The notes: generated by a model from the sequence alone, not told the origin. A stretch of 44,460 bases of DNA from Syntrophomonadaceae bacterium (GCA_031270725.1 JAISWS010000132.1:1-44460), one strand, 5' to 3'. Positions 18,779 to 26,797 are shown, counted from the first letter of the stretch. Numbers and translations are program-made.

Positions 18779-20137
18779 GTCTTCTTTTTCGTCTTGCCCT
18801 TCAACAAAAGTACGAAAATCTTCTTCTGAAACCCGTCTGTCCGCAATGTAAAATAATATTTCATATTTGCTTTTACCGTCTACGCTGATGCGGGATACGG
18901 ATTCTACCAGTTTTATGTATTCATAATTGTTCTTTGAAAACATCAGCCGGGCAAATCCGCCAGCAGCGGCGCTGCTTGCAAAATTAAAAGTTCCGTCCGT
19001 TTTTAAGCGCTTGAGTCCTCTATACGGGAAAAAATAACCATAAACAGTACCTTTTTCATAATGCAAAACTTCTACTTGATCGAATAATTCCAATAAAACT
19101 TCCGGATTTTTGTCCCCATCCAGATCAGCTACGGCAAATCTCAACACTTCCCAAGGCTTATCAAGGTGATCGCCGTGCTTATAATCAAATTCGTTTAAAT
19201 ATTTATAAGCATTTTCTTCGGAGCTGAAAAATTGTGATTGGCTTTTCAATACCGACCAATAAGTCCGTTTAGCTTGATTATTTTCAAAAATCGCCGGGAT
19301 TGGTTTTTCTGTTTCCGGGGCGGGTTCATTTTTAACAAGGCCATTACTGATATTGTTTTCTTTTAACATGGCGTCAATATTTTCGTCAGTAAATTCATAC
19401 CAGATAACATTTTCTTTTGCTGCCTGCTCTTTTTCAAACGTGCTGTATACATCTTTCGTCACTTGGTTTTCAGCAATATAAAATACATTGCTATATTTGC
19501 CTTCTTCATCGCTTTCCCAGGAATATTTCCCCAGTTTTATTAATTCGTATTTTTCTTCTGAGAAGATAAGCTGCCCGTATCCAGCAATAACAGATTTGTC
19601 AGCAGTATCACCTAAAAAATAAAAAGTTCCGTCTGTTTTCAGATTTTTCATGCTTCCCATTGGAAGGCAGTAACCATAAACGGTGCCGTCATTTTTATAA
19701 TGTAAAACCTCTACTTCGTATAATAATTCCAATAAAATTTCCGGATGCCCGTCCCCATCCAGGTCAACTACGGCAAATTGGAATACTTCCCAAGGCTGGT
19801 CTCGGTAGCCTCCTTTTGTATGGACACTCCTATAGTCATAGTCATAATCATAGCCATAATCATATTGATAATCAAATTCGTTTAAATATTTATAAGAATT
19901 TTCCTCGGTGCTGAAAAATTCTATATAACTTTTCACCGCTGACCAGTAAGCCCGCTTGGCCTGGCTATCTTTGAAAGGCACTAAAACAGGTTTCTCCGCC
20001 TCATGTATATTGTTTTCCGTTTTTAACGGTTCATCATTAACAGAGCCATTGTTATTATTCGCGGCATCTGCGCATCCCGTTAAAGCCAGGATAATAGTAA
20101 GGCAAAAGAGCGCCATAATTTTATTGATTTTTCCCAT
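18728..20137 (-). CDS. lipoprotein with two tandem copies of the module of about 190 aa (DLDGDGxPE motif, each ending VIWYEFTDENIDAMLK)
   Basis: Signal peptide plus lipobox: MGKINKIMALFCLTIILALTGC. There is an internal duplication, with module 1 at about 19364-20000 and module 2 at 18728 to about 19330. Confidence 0.85.
   Translation of the reverse strand: MGKINKIMALFCLTIILALTGCADAANNNNGSVNDEPLKTENNIHEAEKPVLVPFKDSQAKRAYWSAVKSYIEFFSTEENSYKYLNEFDYQYDYGYDYDYDYRSVHTKGGYRDQPWEVFQFAVVDLDGDGHPEILLELLYEVEVLHYKNDGTVYGYCLPMGSMKNLKTDGTFYFLGDTADKSVIAGYGQLIFSEEKYELIKLGKYSWESDEEGKYSNVFYIAENQVTKDVYSTFEKEQAAKENVIWYEFTDENIDAMLKENNISNGLVKNEPAPETEKPIPAIFENNQAKRTYWSVLKSQSQFFSSEENAYKYLNEFDYKHGDHLDKPWEVLRFAVADLDGDKNPEVLLELFDQVEVLHYEKGTVYGYFFPYRGLKRLKTDGTFNFASSAAAGGFARLMFSKNNYEYIKLVESVSRISVDGKSKYEILFYIADRRVSEEDFRTFVEGQDEKEDVIWYEFTDENIDAMLK
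19361..19408 (-). repeat. copy C (internal) of the conserved module end
   Basis: 46 of 48 nt are identical to 17039-17086. It is in-frame inside the lipoprotein gene. Confidence 0.85.
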
Positions 20138-20176
20138 TCACATCACGCCTGTCATTCAGATTTTAAAAGTTATGTC

Positions 20177-20545
20177 CTAATTATTATATCTTGCCTTAAT
20201 TGCCTCAGCATAATCAACGCGATCTCTAAGCGCCCCTTCAGTTTTATCGTCAGGATTTTCATATCCAGCCATAATTACCCAAGTGGCATCATTGATATTC
20301 TGCGATTGTAACAGTTTTTGCCAATCATCATAAAATTCCCTATTTTTCGTGGTCAATTCTAAATACATAAATTCCAATTGGGTATTGAGATCCCCTAAAT
20401 AATTTGTTCCTTTGGTCGCCGCGTATATTTCTAAGCCCGATTTTCTTGAAAAGTGAGTCCACTGTATAATTCCCCAGCCGACGCCATCGTTTATGTTATA
20501 AGTTGTTGTCATAAAAGTATTGCATGGTTTTGCTACTTTCCGCAT
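20177..20545 (-). pseudogene. N-terminally truncated phage-tail-tip-lysozyme-like (cell-wall hydrolase) domain
   Basis: GVGWGIIQWTHFSRKSGL...GDLNTQLEFMYLEL...AGYENP resembles the C-terminal two-thirds of the family I recall as Phage_lysozyme2. The usual N-terminal part is absent and no RBS is evident. It may still be expressed from an internal Met. Confidence 0.5.
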
Positions 20546-20698
20546 TTTCTTCAGTATAACTTAAAAGACGGTTTTATTCATCATAATAGATAATAGTAGC
20601 GCGCTATTCTTTCCAAAACGGCCGCGTTGATAAACCTGAATTCATAATCGACCCTTATGACAACATTACACGTTGTATGTATGATAAAATACAGTCAA

Positions 20699-21502
20699 CT
20701 AAGTATATAAATCTCTTTTTCTGTAAAAGGCTACCGTGAAATACGCCGCCATGCTTACAACGGCCATTGCAAGCAACAGATAAAGCAGGCTAATCCCATT
20801 TTGCGCCACCATTGGCCCATTGAAATACCACACCGGCGAAAGAAACCCAAGAAAATCAACCGTTTCGCTATATTCAATGATGAAGGCCACAAGGTAAGAA
20901 AATATCAATACGATAAACGCAGTGCGCGAGGCCGTTTTATTGCTTTTGAAAAGGGCCGCGCACTGCATCCCTACAACCAAAAAGATGAGTTGCGTAAAAA
21001 GCATTCCAGCCGATGTGATGATCACTTGGGGCAAAAGCGCCATCCCTCCAAATAAAGGCAATATGAACGCAACGGAGCCAATACAGGCCGTAAGTGTGAG
21101 CACCAGTATGCTCACCAATGCCGCAAGCATTTTTGACAGTATAACCGTACTGCGGGTATAGGGCTTGGTGTACAAAAATTCGCCTGTCTTAAATCGTTCT
21201 TCTTTCGTGATAGTATGAACGCCCAACCATGTAGCGAATGGAAACGTAATCAGGCAAAACCAATAGTACATACACGCATAACCGCCCAAATCAGTATTGA
21301 GGGGAAGCGCGTCAACACCAAACATAATGCGTACAATGCGGGGAATATCCGCTACTGTAGTGGCTATCACATCCATAGAATCTTGCAAAGAAACAAATTC
21401 CACAGCGCCAAACGCGGCGGCCAGCAGCATCAGTGCAGAGCAGATGATTAGTGTTCTGCGACCAAGTTTTAATTCCTTCAAAAAAATCGTTTTCATTTTC
21501 AT
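20699..21502 (-). CDS. ABC-2 type exporter permease (second)
   Basis: 267 aa with about 6 TM segments. It follows the first permease by 10 nt. Confidence 0.8.
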   Translation of the reverse strand: MKMKTIFLKELKLGRRTLIICSALMLLAAAFGAVEFVSLQDSMDVIATTVADIPRIVRIMFGVDALPLNTDLGGYACMYYWFCLITFPFATWLGVHTITKEERFKTGEFLYTKPYTRSTVILSKMLAALVSILVLTLTACIGSVAFILPLFGGMALLPQVIITSAGMLFTQLIFLVVGMQCAALFKSNKTASRTAFIVLIFSYLVAFIIEYSETVDFLGFLSPVWYFNGPMVAQNGISLLYLLLAMAVVSMAAYFTVAFYRKRDLYT

Positions 21503-21512
21503 TATCCCCCTT

Positions 21513-22319
21513 CTAACGTATCACGACATCTTTTTTTCGGTAAATGAAGCTCCCTACAAGGGTGAAGGCTATTACCAAGAAAATCAACCACACCACATAC
21601 CGCATATCATAGCCGCCCATATCAGCCACGATAGAGCCGCCAAAGTATTTTGGGGGCGATAAAAAGATTAAGATATCCGCGCCGGTTACCTGTGCCATAG
21701 TGCCTATGATGATGGTGATAAATAGGGTAATCACCGAAGTAAAGATGGATTTTCGGATTTTTGGCAATATTGTTCCCAAGAAAAAGCCAAACGACATGAA
21801 CAGGACGCTATTCAAAATAATTGAACAGGCCAACAACACGAATAGCTTGAAGTCAAATCCGGCGGCAAAGATATTCAATGACACGAGCGACGCAAGGAAA
21901 TATGCGACCCCAATACTCAAAACTGCCACAGCCGCCGCGAACAGCTTTGAGATGAATATTTTTGTGCGATTGTGGGGCTTTGTCAAAAGGAAATCCGCCG
22001 TTCCCTGCATATACTCCTTTGTGTGGATTGACAGACCGATGTGCATGGCAATGACCGCAAGCGCAAGCCCGAAAAACCAACCTGTCAAAAAGCCGTACAT
22101 ACCGATGGGCTTTGATAGAAATTCGGCGCTGATATCCACCGCCTGTAAAAAGCTGTTACCATCCACTGTTGCCAGCGTTTCTGTGCGCGCACTCCCATCA
22201 GGGTTCGTGGTAATACTTATATAAGGCGGCAGTAAACAGAACAGCAGAACCGAAAAGGCAATCACGCCTCCCAGTATTAGCCCACGCATTTGCCGCAGTT
22301 CATATTTGAAAATAGCCAT
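21513..22319 (-). CDS. ABC-2 type exporter permease (first)
   Basis: ATG 22319 lies 6 nt after AGGAGG and gives MAIFKYELRQMRG. The track ORF extension overlaps the ATPase. The protein is polytopic. Confidence 0.8.
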   Translation of the reverse strand: MAIFKYELRQMRGLILGGVIAFSVLLFCLLPPYISITTNPDGSARTETLATVDGNSFLQAVDISAEFLSKPIGMYGFLTGWFFGLALAVIAMHIGLSIHTKEYMQGTADFLLTKPHNRTKIFISKLFAAAVAVLSIGVAYFLASLVSLNIFAAGFDFKLFVLLACSIILNSVLFMSFGFFLGTILPKIRKSIFTSVITLFITIIIGTMAQVTGADILIFLSPPKYFGGSIVADMGGYDMRYVVWLIFLVIAFTLVGSFIYRKKDVVIR

Positions 22320-22329
22320 ACCGCACCTC

Positions 22330-23211
22330 CTACTTGTAATAATGCAGGAAAATTTCTTCCAGCGTTGGTTCTTCAATGAAAACATCGCTTACCGGCAAAT
22401 TATGCAGCTTGCCGAGTATATCGCCCACTTTTCCCATAAACAGGAATGAGGCGCCGGCGCCGTCCTCGTTATAGCTTGCGATACCGGGCATATCGAAATA
22501 CTCTTGCGGAATTGATTGTTCCGTGGTGAGCGCAATCTTTTTATATCCGTTTTTACGCAAGTCGCTGATCTTCTGTATGTTGATAATTTGCCCCTCTTTG
22601 ATGATCGCCACCCTGCCGCAGATCTTTTGCACCTCGCTGAGTACATGGGAAGAAAAGAGAATGGTTGCGCCCTTTTGGTTTTCTTCCCGGAGTATGTCAA
22701 AAAAGGTTTGCTGCACCAGTGGGTCAAGGCCGCTTGTGGGTTCGTCCAAGATAATCAGTTTGGGGGAATGAAGCAGCGCGGCCACGATACCAACCTTCTT
22801 TTTATTGCCAAAAGAGAGGTCGGAAATCTTGCGGCTTGTATCAAGGTTCAGGCGCTCGGCAAGCTCTTTGATTCGTCCGTCAACCTTTTTCCCGTACAGG
22901 GCCGCCGCGTAGCTGAGAAATTCCCGTACCTTCATATTTTCGTAATAGCTGCTTTCGCTGGGCAGATATCCCACATCCTTTGCTATCTCCGCCGCCTGTG
23001 CGATGCAGTCCTTTCCCCAAATGGCAGCCTTGCCCGAAGTGGGGTGGATAAGCGCAAGCAAGGTGCGTATGGTGGTGGACTTGCCCGCTCCATTGGGGCC
23101 GATGAAGCCGTATATTTCGCCTTCCTCCACCGTAAAATTCACATCCACAATCCCTCTGAATGCGCCATAATTTTTTTTGAGATTGGTGATTTCAATAACT
23201 GTGCCGCTCAT
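22330..23211 (-). CDS. ABC transporter ATP-binding protein
   Basis: Walker A is GPNGAGKST, Walker B is IILDEPTSGLD, and the signature is degenerate (LSFGNKKK). The start overlaps the tetR stop (ATGA). Confidence 0.9.
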   Translation of the reverse strand: MSGTVIEITNLKKNYGAFRGIVDVNFTVEEGEIYGFIGPNGAGKSTTIRTLLALIHPTSGKAAIWGKDCIAQAAEIAKDVGYLPSESSYYENMKVREFLSYAAALYGKKVDGRIKELAERLNLDTSRKISDLSFGNKKKVGIVAALLHSPKLIILDEPTSGLDPLVQQTFFDILREENQKGATILFSSHVLSEVQKICGRVAIIKEGQIINIQKISDLRKNGYKKIALTTEQSIPQEYFDMPGIASYNEDGAGASFLFMGKVGDILGKLHNLPVSDVFIEEPTLEEIFLHYYK

Positions 23212-23825
23212 AGGTATTCCCCCTTATAAAAATTGTTTTTCATAAAATCGAGGCATTTGTAGAAATCCGCCATATGTACATCAAGATCTTCCGCGCTAAC
23301 GCCCATAGGCATCGTGTTGACCAGCCCTTCAGAAGCCCAGGTCAACAATTTCAGCAACAGCGCAGGGTCAGCGCCGTCCTTGAATTTTGTCAGGTCTACC
23401 CCCTCAATCATCATTCCCTGTGTGGAAGCGACACCCGCCGAGGTCGTCTTTTTTATCTCGCTTTCAACCTCCGGATCGGTTTCAAAGAACACATTTCGCA
23501 GAAATGACAGAAGGGCCGGATGCTGCTTCATCACAGATATCTGAATTTCGGTTGTCAGTTTTAGCTTGTCGAAAAAATCCGTGACGTTTTTATCAAGCCG
23601 CTTTTCCATTTCGCCAGTCAGAAGTTTCCCGCAAAACTCAATCAGATAAAAATACAAGTCTTTTTTGCTGCCAAAGTAGTGAAATATCATTCCTTTTGAT
23701 ATGCCTGCGGCTACGGCAATATCACCGGCAGATGCTTTTCGGTACACATTCCGCCCAAAGACGGTAAGCGCCCCGTCTATGATGCGCTTTTGCTTTTCAG
23801 GCGGAAGGGCAAAAAACTTTTCCAT
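23208..23825 (-). CDS. TetR/AcrR family transcriptional regulator
   Basis: ATG 23825 lies 8 nt after GGAGG. The HTH is ASAGDIAVAAGISKGMIFHYFGSKKDLY. Confidence 0.88.
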   Translation of the reverse strand: MEKFFALPPEKQKRIIDGALTVFGRNVYRKASAGDIAVAAGISKGMIFHYFGSKKDLYFYLIEFCGKLLTGEMEKRLDKNVTDFFDKLKLTTEIQISVMKQHPALLSFLRNVFFETDPEVESEIKKTTSAGVASTQGMMIEGVDLTKFKDGADPALLLKLLTWASEGLVNTMPMGVSAEDLDVHMADFYKCLDFMKNNFYKGEYL

Positions 23826-23843
23826 ACGCAACACCTCCAAAAT

Positions 23844-23895
23844 AATAAACCGATTCGGTTTATTGCAGAATATCATAATAAACCTAATTGGTCAA
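23844..23895 (-). promoter_or_regulatory. tetR-ABC promoter with a 21-bp perfect palindromic operator
   Basis: On the minus strand: TTGACC (23895-23890), a 17-nt spacer, then TATTCT (23872-23867). The palindrome AATAAACCGA-T-TCGGTTTATT (23844-23864) lies between the -10 element and the RBS. Confidence 0.6.
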
Positions 23896-23964
23896 TGGGT
23901 GTGCAAAAATATTTTCCACAAAAAATATGAATTATTCAGTGTTCAATAAATGCGTATCACATAA

Positions 23965-24110
23965 TTCCATCAACAGCAGATGGACGAATTAATCCAACAG
24001 CTATGGGAGGGGAAATATAAGCCCACCCAGTCCGGCGGGTAGAGATACCCAAGGAAGAAAAGGGAAAAGTCAGGAAACTGGGAATCCCTACCTGCTTCGG
24101 GCGCGCCTGA
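23965..24110 (+). pseudogene. relic of a group II intron reverse transcriptase/maturase (about 40 N-terminal codons, frameshifted)
   Basis: ...DELIQQLWEGKYKPTQ, then after a frameshift VRRVEIPKEEKGKVRKLGIPT. This matches the ..G.Y.P.PVRRVEIPK..G..R.LGIPT motif of intron-encoded proteins. Nothing RT-like follows. Confidence 0.65.
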
Positions 24111-24297
24111 AACCGTCCCGCCTTTCGGCGTGACATTTCATCCTTTGCTCATTTCAACAAATCCAGATTTGTTGAATAAAGAAGCGTAAAAAATAATTAA
24201 AGGTTATGTCCAACTGCGGTCAGACATAACCCTTGCAATATTATACTGCTGTTCCGTTGTCAAGGTCGGGTAGTATTTTTTTTGAAACCATATCTTT

Positions 24298-24341
24298 AAA
24301 AAAATCTCCACCCTTAACCTTGACAAGGTGAGTGCGGAGAT
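24298..24341 (-). terminator. rho-independent terminator after the PIN/small-protein operon
   Basis: The minus strand reads ATCTCCGCAC...GGGTGGAGAT (an imperfect stem; ATCTCC/GGAGAT are perfect), followed by TTTTTTT (24304-24298). Confidence 0.55.
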
Positions 24342-24357
24342 GATTTGTAGGATTAAG

Positions 24358-24564
24358 TTATTGCTTTGCCAGTCCTGCCATAATGTCGGCAGTTGTAATG
24401 TCCTTTAATAATTCTTTCTGTTCTTCGGTATAATTTCCTTCACCTGTTTCATACTGCCTAAGAAAGTATGCCATACCAACTGGAGTTAAGGCTTTGGAAA
24501 GAGCTTCAATGCCCATTTTCCGAAGCGCAACAGGATTTCTAAAATCTATCGCTTGATTCATCAT
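24358..24564 (-). CDS. small acidic partner protein of the PIN gene (putative antitoxin), 68 aa
   Basis: Its ATG overlaps the PIN TGA (ATGA at 24564-24561) and GGAGG lies 4 nt upstream. The sequence is MMNQAIDF...MAYFLRQYETGEGNYTEEQKELL. Confidence 0.7.
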   Translation of the reverse strand: MMNQAIDFRNPVALRKMGIEALSKALTPVGMAYFLRQYETGEGNYTEEQKELLKDITTADIMAGLAKQ

Positions 24565-24995
24565 AACACCTCCGCAACCCAATTCAATGGATTTTCAACT
24601 TTTACTTTTAATGATATTTTGCTTGACAGCTTAATGAGCTTATCATCCGTAGTCAGAAATATGTCAGTTCCGGCACTTTCTGCACAGGCAATATGAAAAC
24701 TGTCCAATGGTTTTATCCCTATCTGTTGAATTTCAACTGCTCTTTTCTCAATTTCAGCTGTTACCAAAACCCTTTCACTTGCTATACTGCATAGCTCCAT
24801 GACCTTCTCTTTTTTCGCTGGGTTTGTCATTTTGCTTACTTCAAAATCAATTATATTGCTTCCAATCAAAGTCCAGCCACCTTTATGGCAATGGTTCAAA
24901 ATTGATAAAACCACTTCGGCTTCTAAATATATTCTGTCTTGCTCCTGATTATCAAAAGGGCGGTTATATGAACAAACATCCATATATATCTTCAT
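24561..24995 (-). CDS. PIN-domain ribonuclease-like protein (putative toxin), 144 aa
   Basis: ATG 24995 gives MKIYMDVCSYNRPFDNQ. The conserved acidic PIN positions are YMD, LEAE, PLDSFH and LTTDD. The track ORF extends upstream through the promoter. Confidence 0.8.
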   Translation of the reverse strand: MKIYMDVCSYNRPFDNQEQDRIYLEAEVVLSILNHCHKGGWTLIGSNIIDFEVSKMTNPAKKEKVMELCSIASERVLVTAEIEKRAVEIQQIGIKPLDSFHIACAESAGTDIFLTTDDKLIKLSSKISLKVKVENPLNWVAEVL

Positions 24996-25019
24996 TGGCA
25001 ACACCTCAAATTTAATATT

Positions 25020-25048
25020 ATTGTATGCCAAATTTACAGAAAAATCAA
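25020..25048 (-). promoter_or_regulatory. sigma-A-type promoter of the PIN operon
   Basis: On the minus strand: TTGATT (25048-25043), a 17-nt spacer, then TACAAT (25025-20). It lies about 25 nt upstream of the ATG. Confidence 0.55.
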
Positions 25049-25434
25049 TGTGTTTTTCAATCAATGTGGTTAGTCCCGTTTTCCACAAACAGCAGCGGTA
25101 TTTCCTTTTCCGGGTCATAGTCAGCGTAAACTTTCCGGACATGCTCCATGCGCTCAGGTTTTATGAAGCGGGAGATTTTTCAAAATCATGCGGACAATTT
25201 TTTAAGCGGGGCAAACGCCCGAAATTAGCTGAGAACGGAGAGATGAGGGCTGAAAGTGCCAAGAGGCAATCTAAAGACTTTTCGATTCATAATGAAGTTA
25301 ATCTCCGTTAACTAAAAATAAAAAGAGACAGGAGGCAATGTAAATGACCGTAAAATTAAAAATGCGGGCAACATAACAGCAAAAATGCTATTCAGAAAAA
25401 AATCAGAAAAATATTTTAAAAGGATAGTGGGAGA

Positions 25435-25716
25435 ATGTTTAAAAGAAAAGTCCTAAGTATTTTATTGGCAATGGTGTTCCTCTTACAGCTGTCGCCTCTG
25501 GGAAGCGGCTACGCGGGGGCGGCGGAACAAAACGGCGATGTGCCGCCTGAGCACTGGGCGGTTCAAAATATCGCCTTGCTACTGGATAAAAAGATTATTG
25601 CCGGCGACCAGAACGGCGATATAAATCCCGATAATCCGATAACCAGAGCCGAATTTGTAACCATCGTCAACAAAGCGTTTAACTTTACTGAAACGGTAGC
25701 TTTGTATTTTCTTTAA
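25435..25716 (+). pseudogene. truncated S-layer-homology (SLH) protein: signal peptide plus a single SLH domain
   Basis: MFKRKVLSILLAMVFLLQLSP...AGAAE, then DVPPEHWAVQNIALLLDKKIIAGDQNGDINPDNPITRAEFVTIVNKAF, which fits the SLH consensus. The ORF stops after 93 aa, whereas SLH proteins normally carry three SLH domains plus a functional domain. Confidence 0.6.
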
Positions 25717-25836
25717 CATGTGAGTTTATGGGCAAAAATGGCGATAACGACCACTCAATGCCAACGCGCTTGTTTCTCGCGGCGGCAAATGGTAGAATAC
25801 GCTTATAGCTGTCGCGCAAAACAGTCGGAGGGAGGT

Positions 25837-25992
25837 ATGGAAACGCAAAACAAAATGACATACACGCCGGGTGTACACGACGGGAAACCGATCATCATGA
25901 AGGTTGCGATTGTGTTTTTTTGTATAGAAAACCTGCGCCTATTTATAATTGATTACCACAATTTAGAGGAACAGCACATACGAGGTAGATGA
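25837..25992 (+). CDS. possible 51-aa ORF ending 1 nt before the ABC ATPase start
   Basis: GGAGGGAGG lies immediately upstream of ATG 25837. The sequence is METQNKMTYTPGVHDGKPIIMKVAIVFFCIENL.... There is no family resemblance and support is low. Confidence 0.2.
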   Translation: METQNKMTYTPGVHDGKPIIMKVAIVFFCIENLRLFIIDYHNLEEQHIRGR

Positions 25993-25993
25993 A

Positions 25994-26797
25994 GTGATAG
26001 ATAATTATTTGAAAATCGAAGCAAGGGGCATCAGCAAAGCGTTTGGCAGCACACAAGCCTTGTGTGACGTCAGTCTCACCATTGAACCCGGAGCTATCTT
26101 CGGCTTCGTCGGCGCTAATGGCGCAGGAAAGACCACCCTCATGCGTATAATCATGGGTGTTCTTCTCTCCGACAGTGGTAAGATACTAATCAATAACCAC
26201 TCCGTTTCTCAGGTCAACCGCCGTCAAATTGGCTACATGCCCTCTGAGCGTGGCCTTTACGCCAAAATGAAAGTTTTCGAGCAACTCGTCTTTTTTGCTG
26301 AGATTCGTGGCATGGAAAAGTCGGAAGCCCGAAAGAGTGCGAGGGAATGGATTGAACGGCTGGACATAGTCCAATACGCCGAAAAAAACCTCGAAACTCT
26401 CTCAACCGGCAACCAACAGCGTGTCCAACTCGCCGTTGCTCTTATAGCCAATCCCCGAGCCCTCATTTTAGACGAACCATTTTCCGGACTCGACCCCATT
26501 GCTGTTAAAACCATGTCCGATGTCATCCGCGAACAAGCGAGGGAGGGCATGCCGATTCTTTTTTCCAGTCACCAGCTTGAACTGATTGACCAAGTTTCCA
26601 CCGAGGTCGCTATTATCAGCCATGGTAAAATTATCGCCACTGGTACCCCGACCGAACTCCGCAAAGCCGCCAAAGCCCCGGAAACCATCGAAATCCCAAC
26701 TCCCCTTGCTGCCATTTTCGGAGACCTCATCGCTGAAGACGAGACCGACCGCGACAAAGCTGTCTCTGAATTCGAAAGGAGGGTCAAAAATGCGTAA
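25994..26797 (+). CDS. ABC transporter ATP-binding protein (NatA/YhaQ-like ABC-2 exporter ATPase)
   Basis: GTG start. Walker A is GANGAGKTT, the signature is LSTGNQQRV, and Walker B is LILDEPFSGLD. Confidence 0.88.
   Translation: MIDNYLKIEARGISKAFGSTQALCDVSLTIEPGAIFGFVGANGAGKTTLMRIIMGVLLSDSGKILINNHSVSQVNRRQIGYMPSERGLYAKMKVFEQLVFFAEIRGMEKSEARKSAREWIERLDIVQYAEKNLETLSTGNQQRVQLAVALIANPRALILDEPFSGLDPIAVKTMSDVIREQAREGMPILFSSHQLELIDQVSTEVAIISHGKIIATGTPTELRKAAKAPETIEIPTPLAAIFGDLIAEDETDRDKAVSEFERRVKNA

Noticed and set aside
21700-23229. Long plus-strand ORFs (21700-22224 and 22516-23229) antisense to the ABC genes
   Set aside because: They are shadows typical of GC-richer coding DNA. The minus-strand genes carry clear Walker, TM and HTH motifs.
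17020-24110. Diversity-generating retroelement hypothesis (near-identical repeats at gene 3' ends plus an RT fragment nearby)
   Set aside because: The RT relic has the group II intron-type motif (RVEIPK…RKLGIPT) and is only about 40 codons long. The differences between repeat copies are not adenine-specific. There is no separate non-coding template repeat.
24099-24112. The 14-nt GC-rich match GGGCGCGCCTGAAA is shared, in inverted orientation, with 38566-38579; this could mark mobile-element boundaries
   Set aside because: A handful of 14-mer matches is expected by chance in a 44-kb window when both orientations are considered. There is no extended similarity around the match and no target-site duplication.
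25021-25311. 96-aa plus-strand ORF upstream of the SLH fragment
   Set aside because: It starts within the PIN promoter region on the opposite strand. It has no RBS and no resemblance to anything I recognise.
26586-26789. 68-codon Pro/Lys/Ser-rich N-terminal extension of the permease ORF
   Set aside because: It is an out-of-frame reading of the ATPase gene's 3' end. ATG 26790, with the GGAGGG RBS, gives the normal ABC-2 permease N-terminus.
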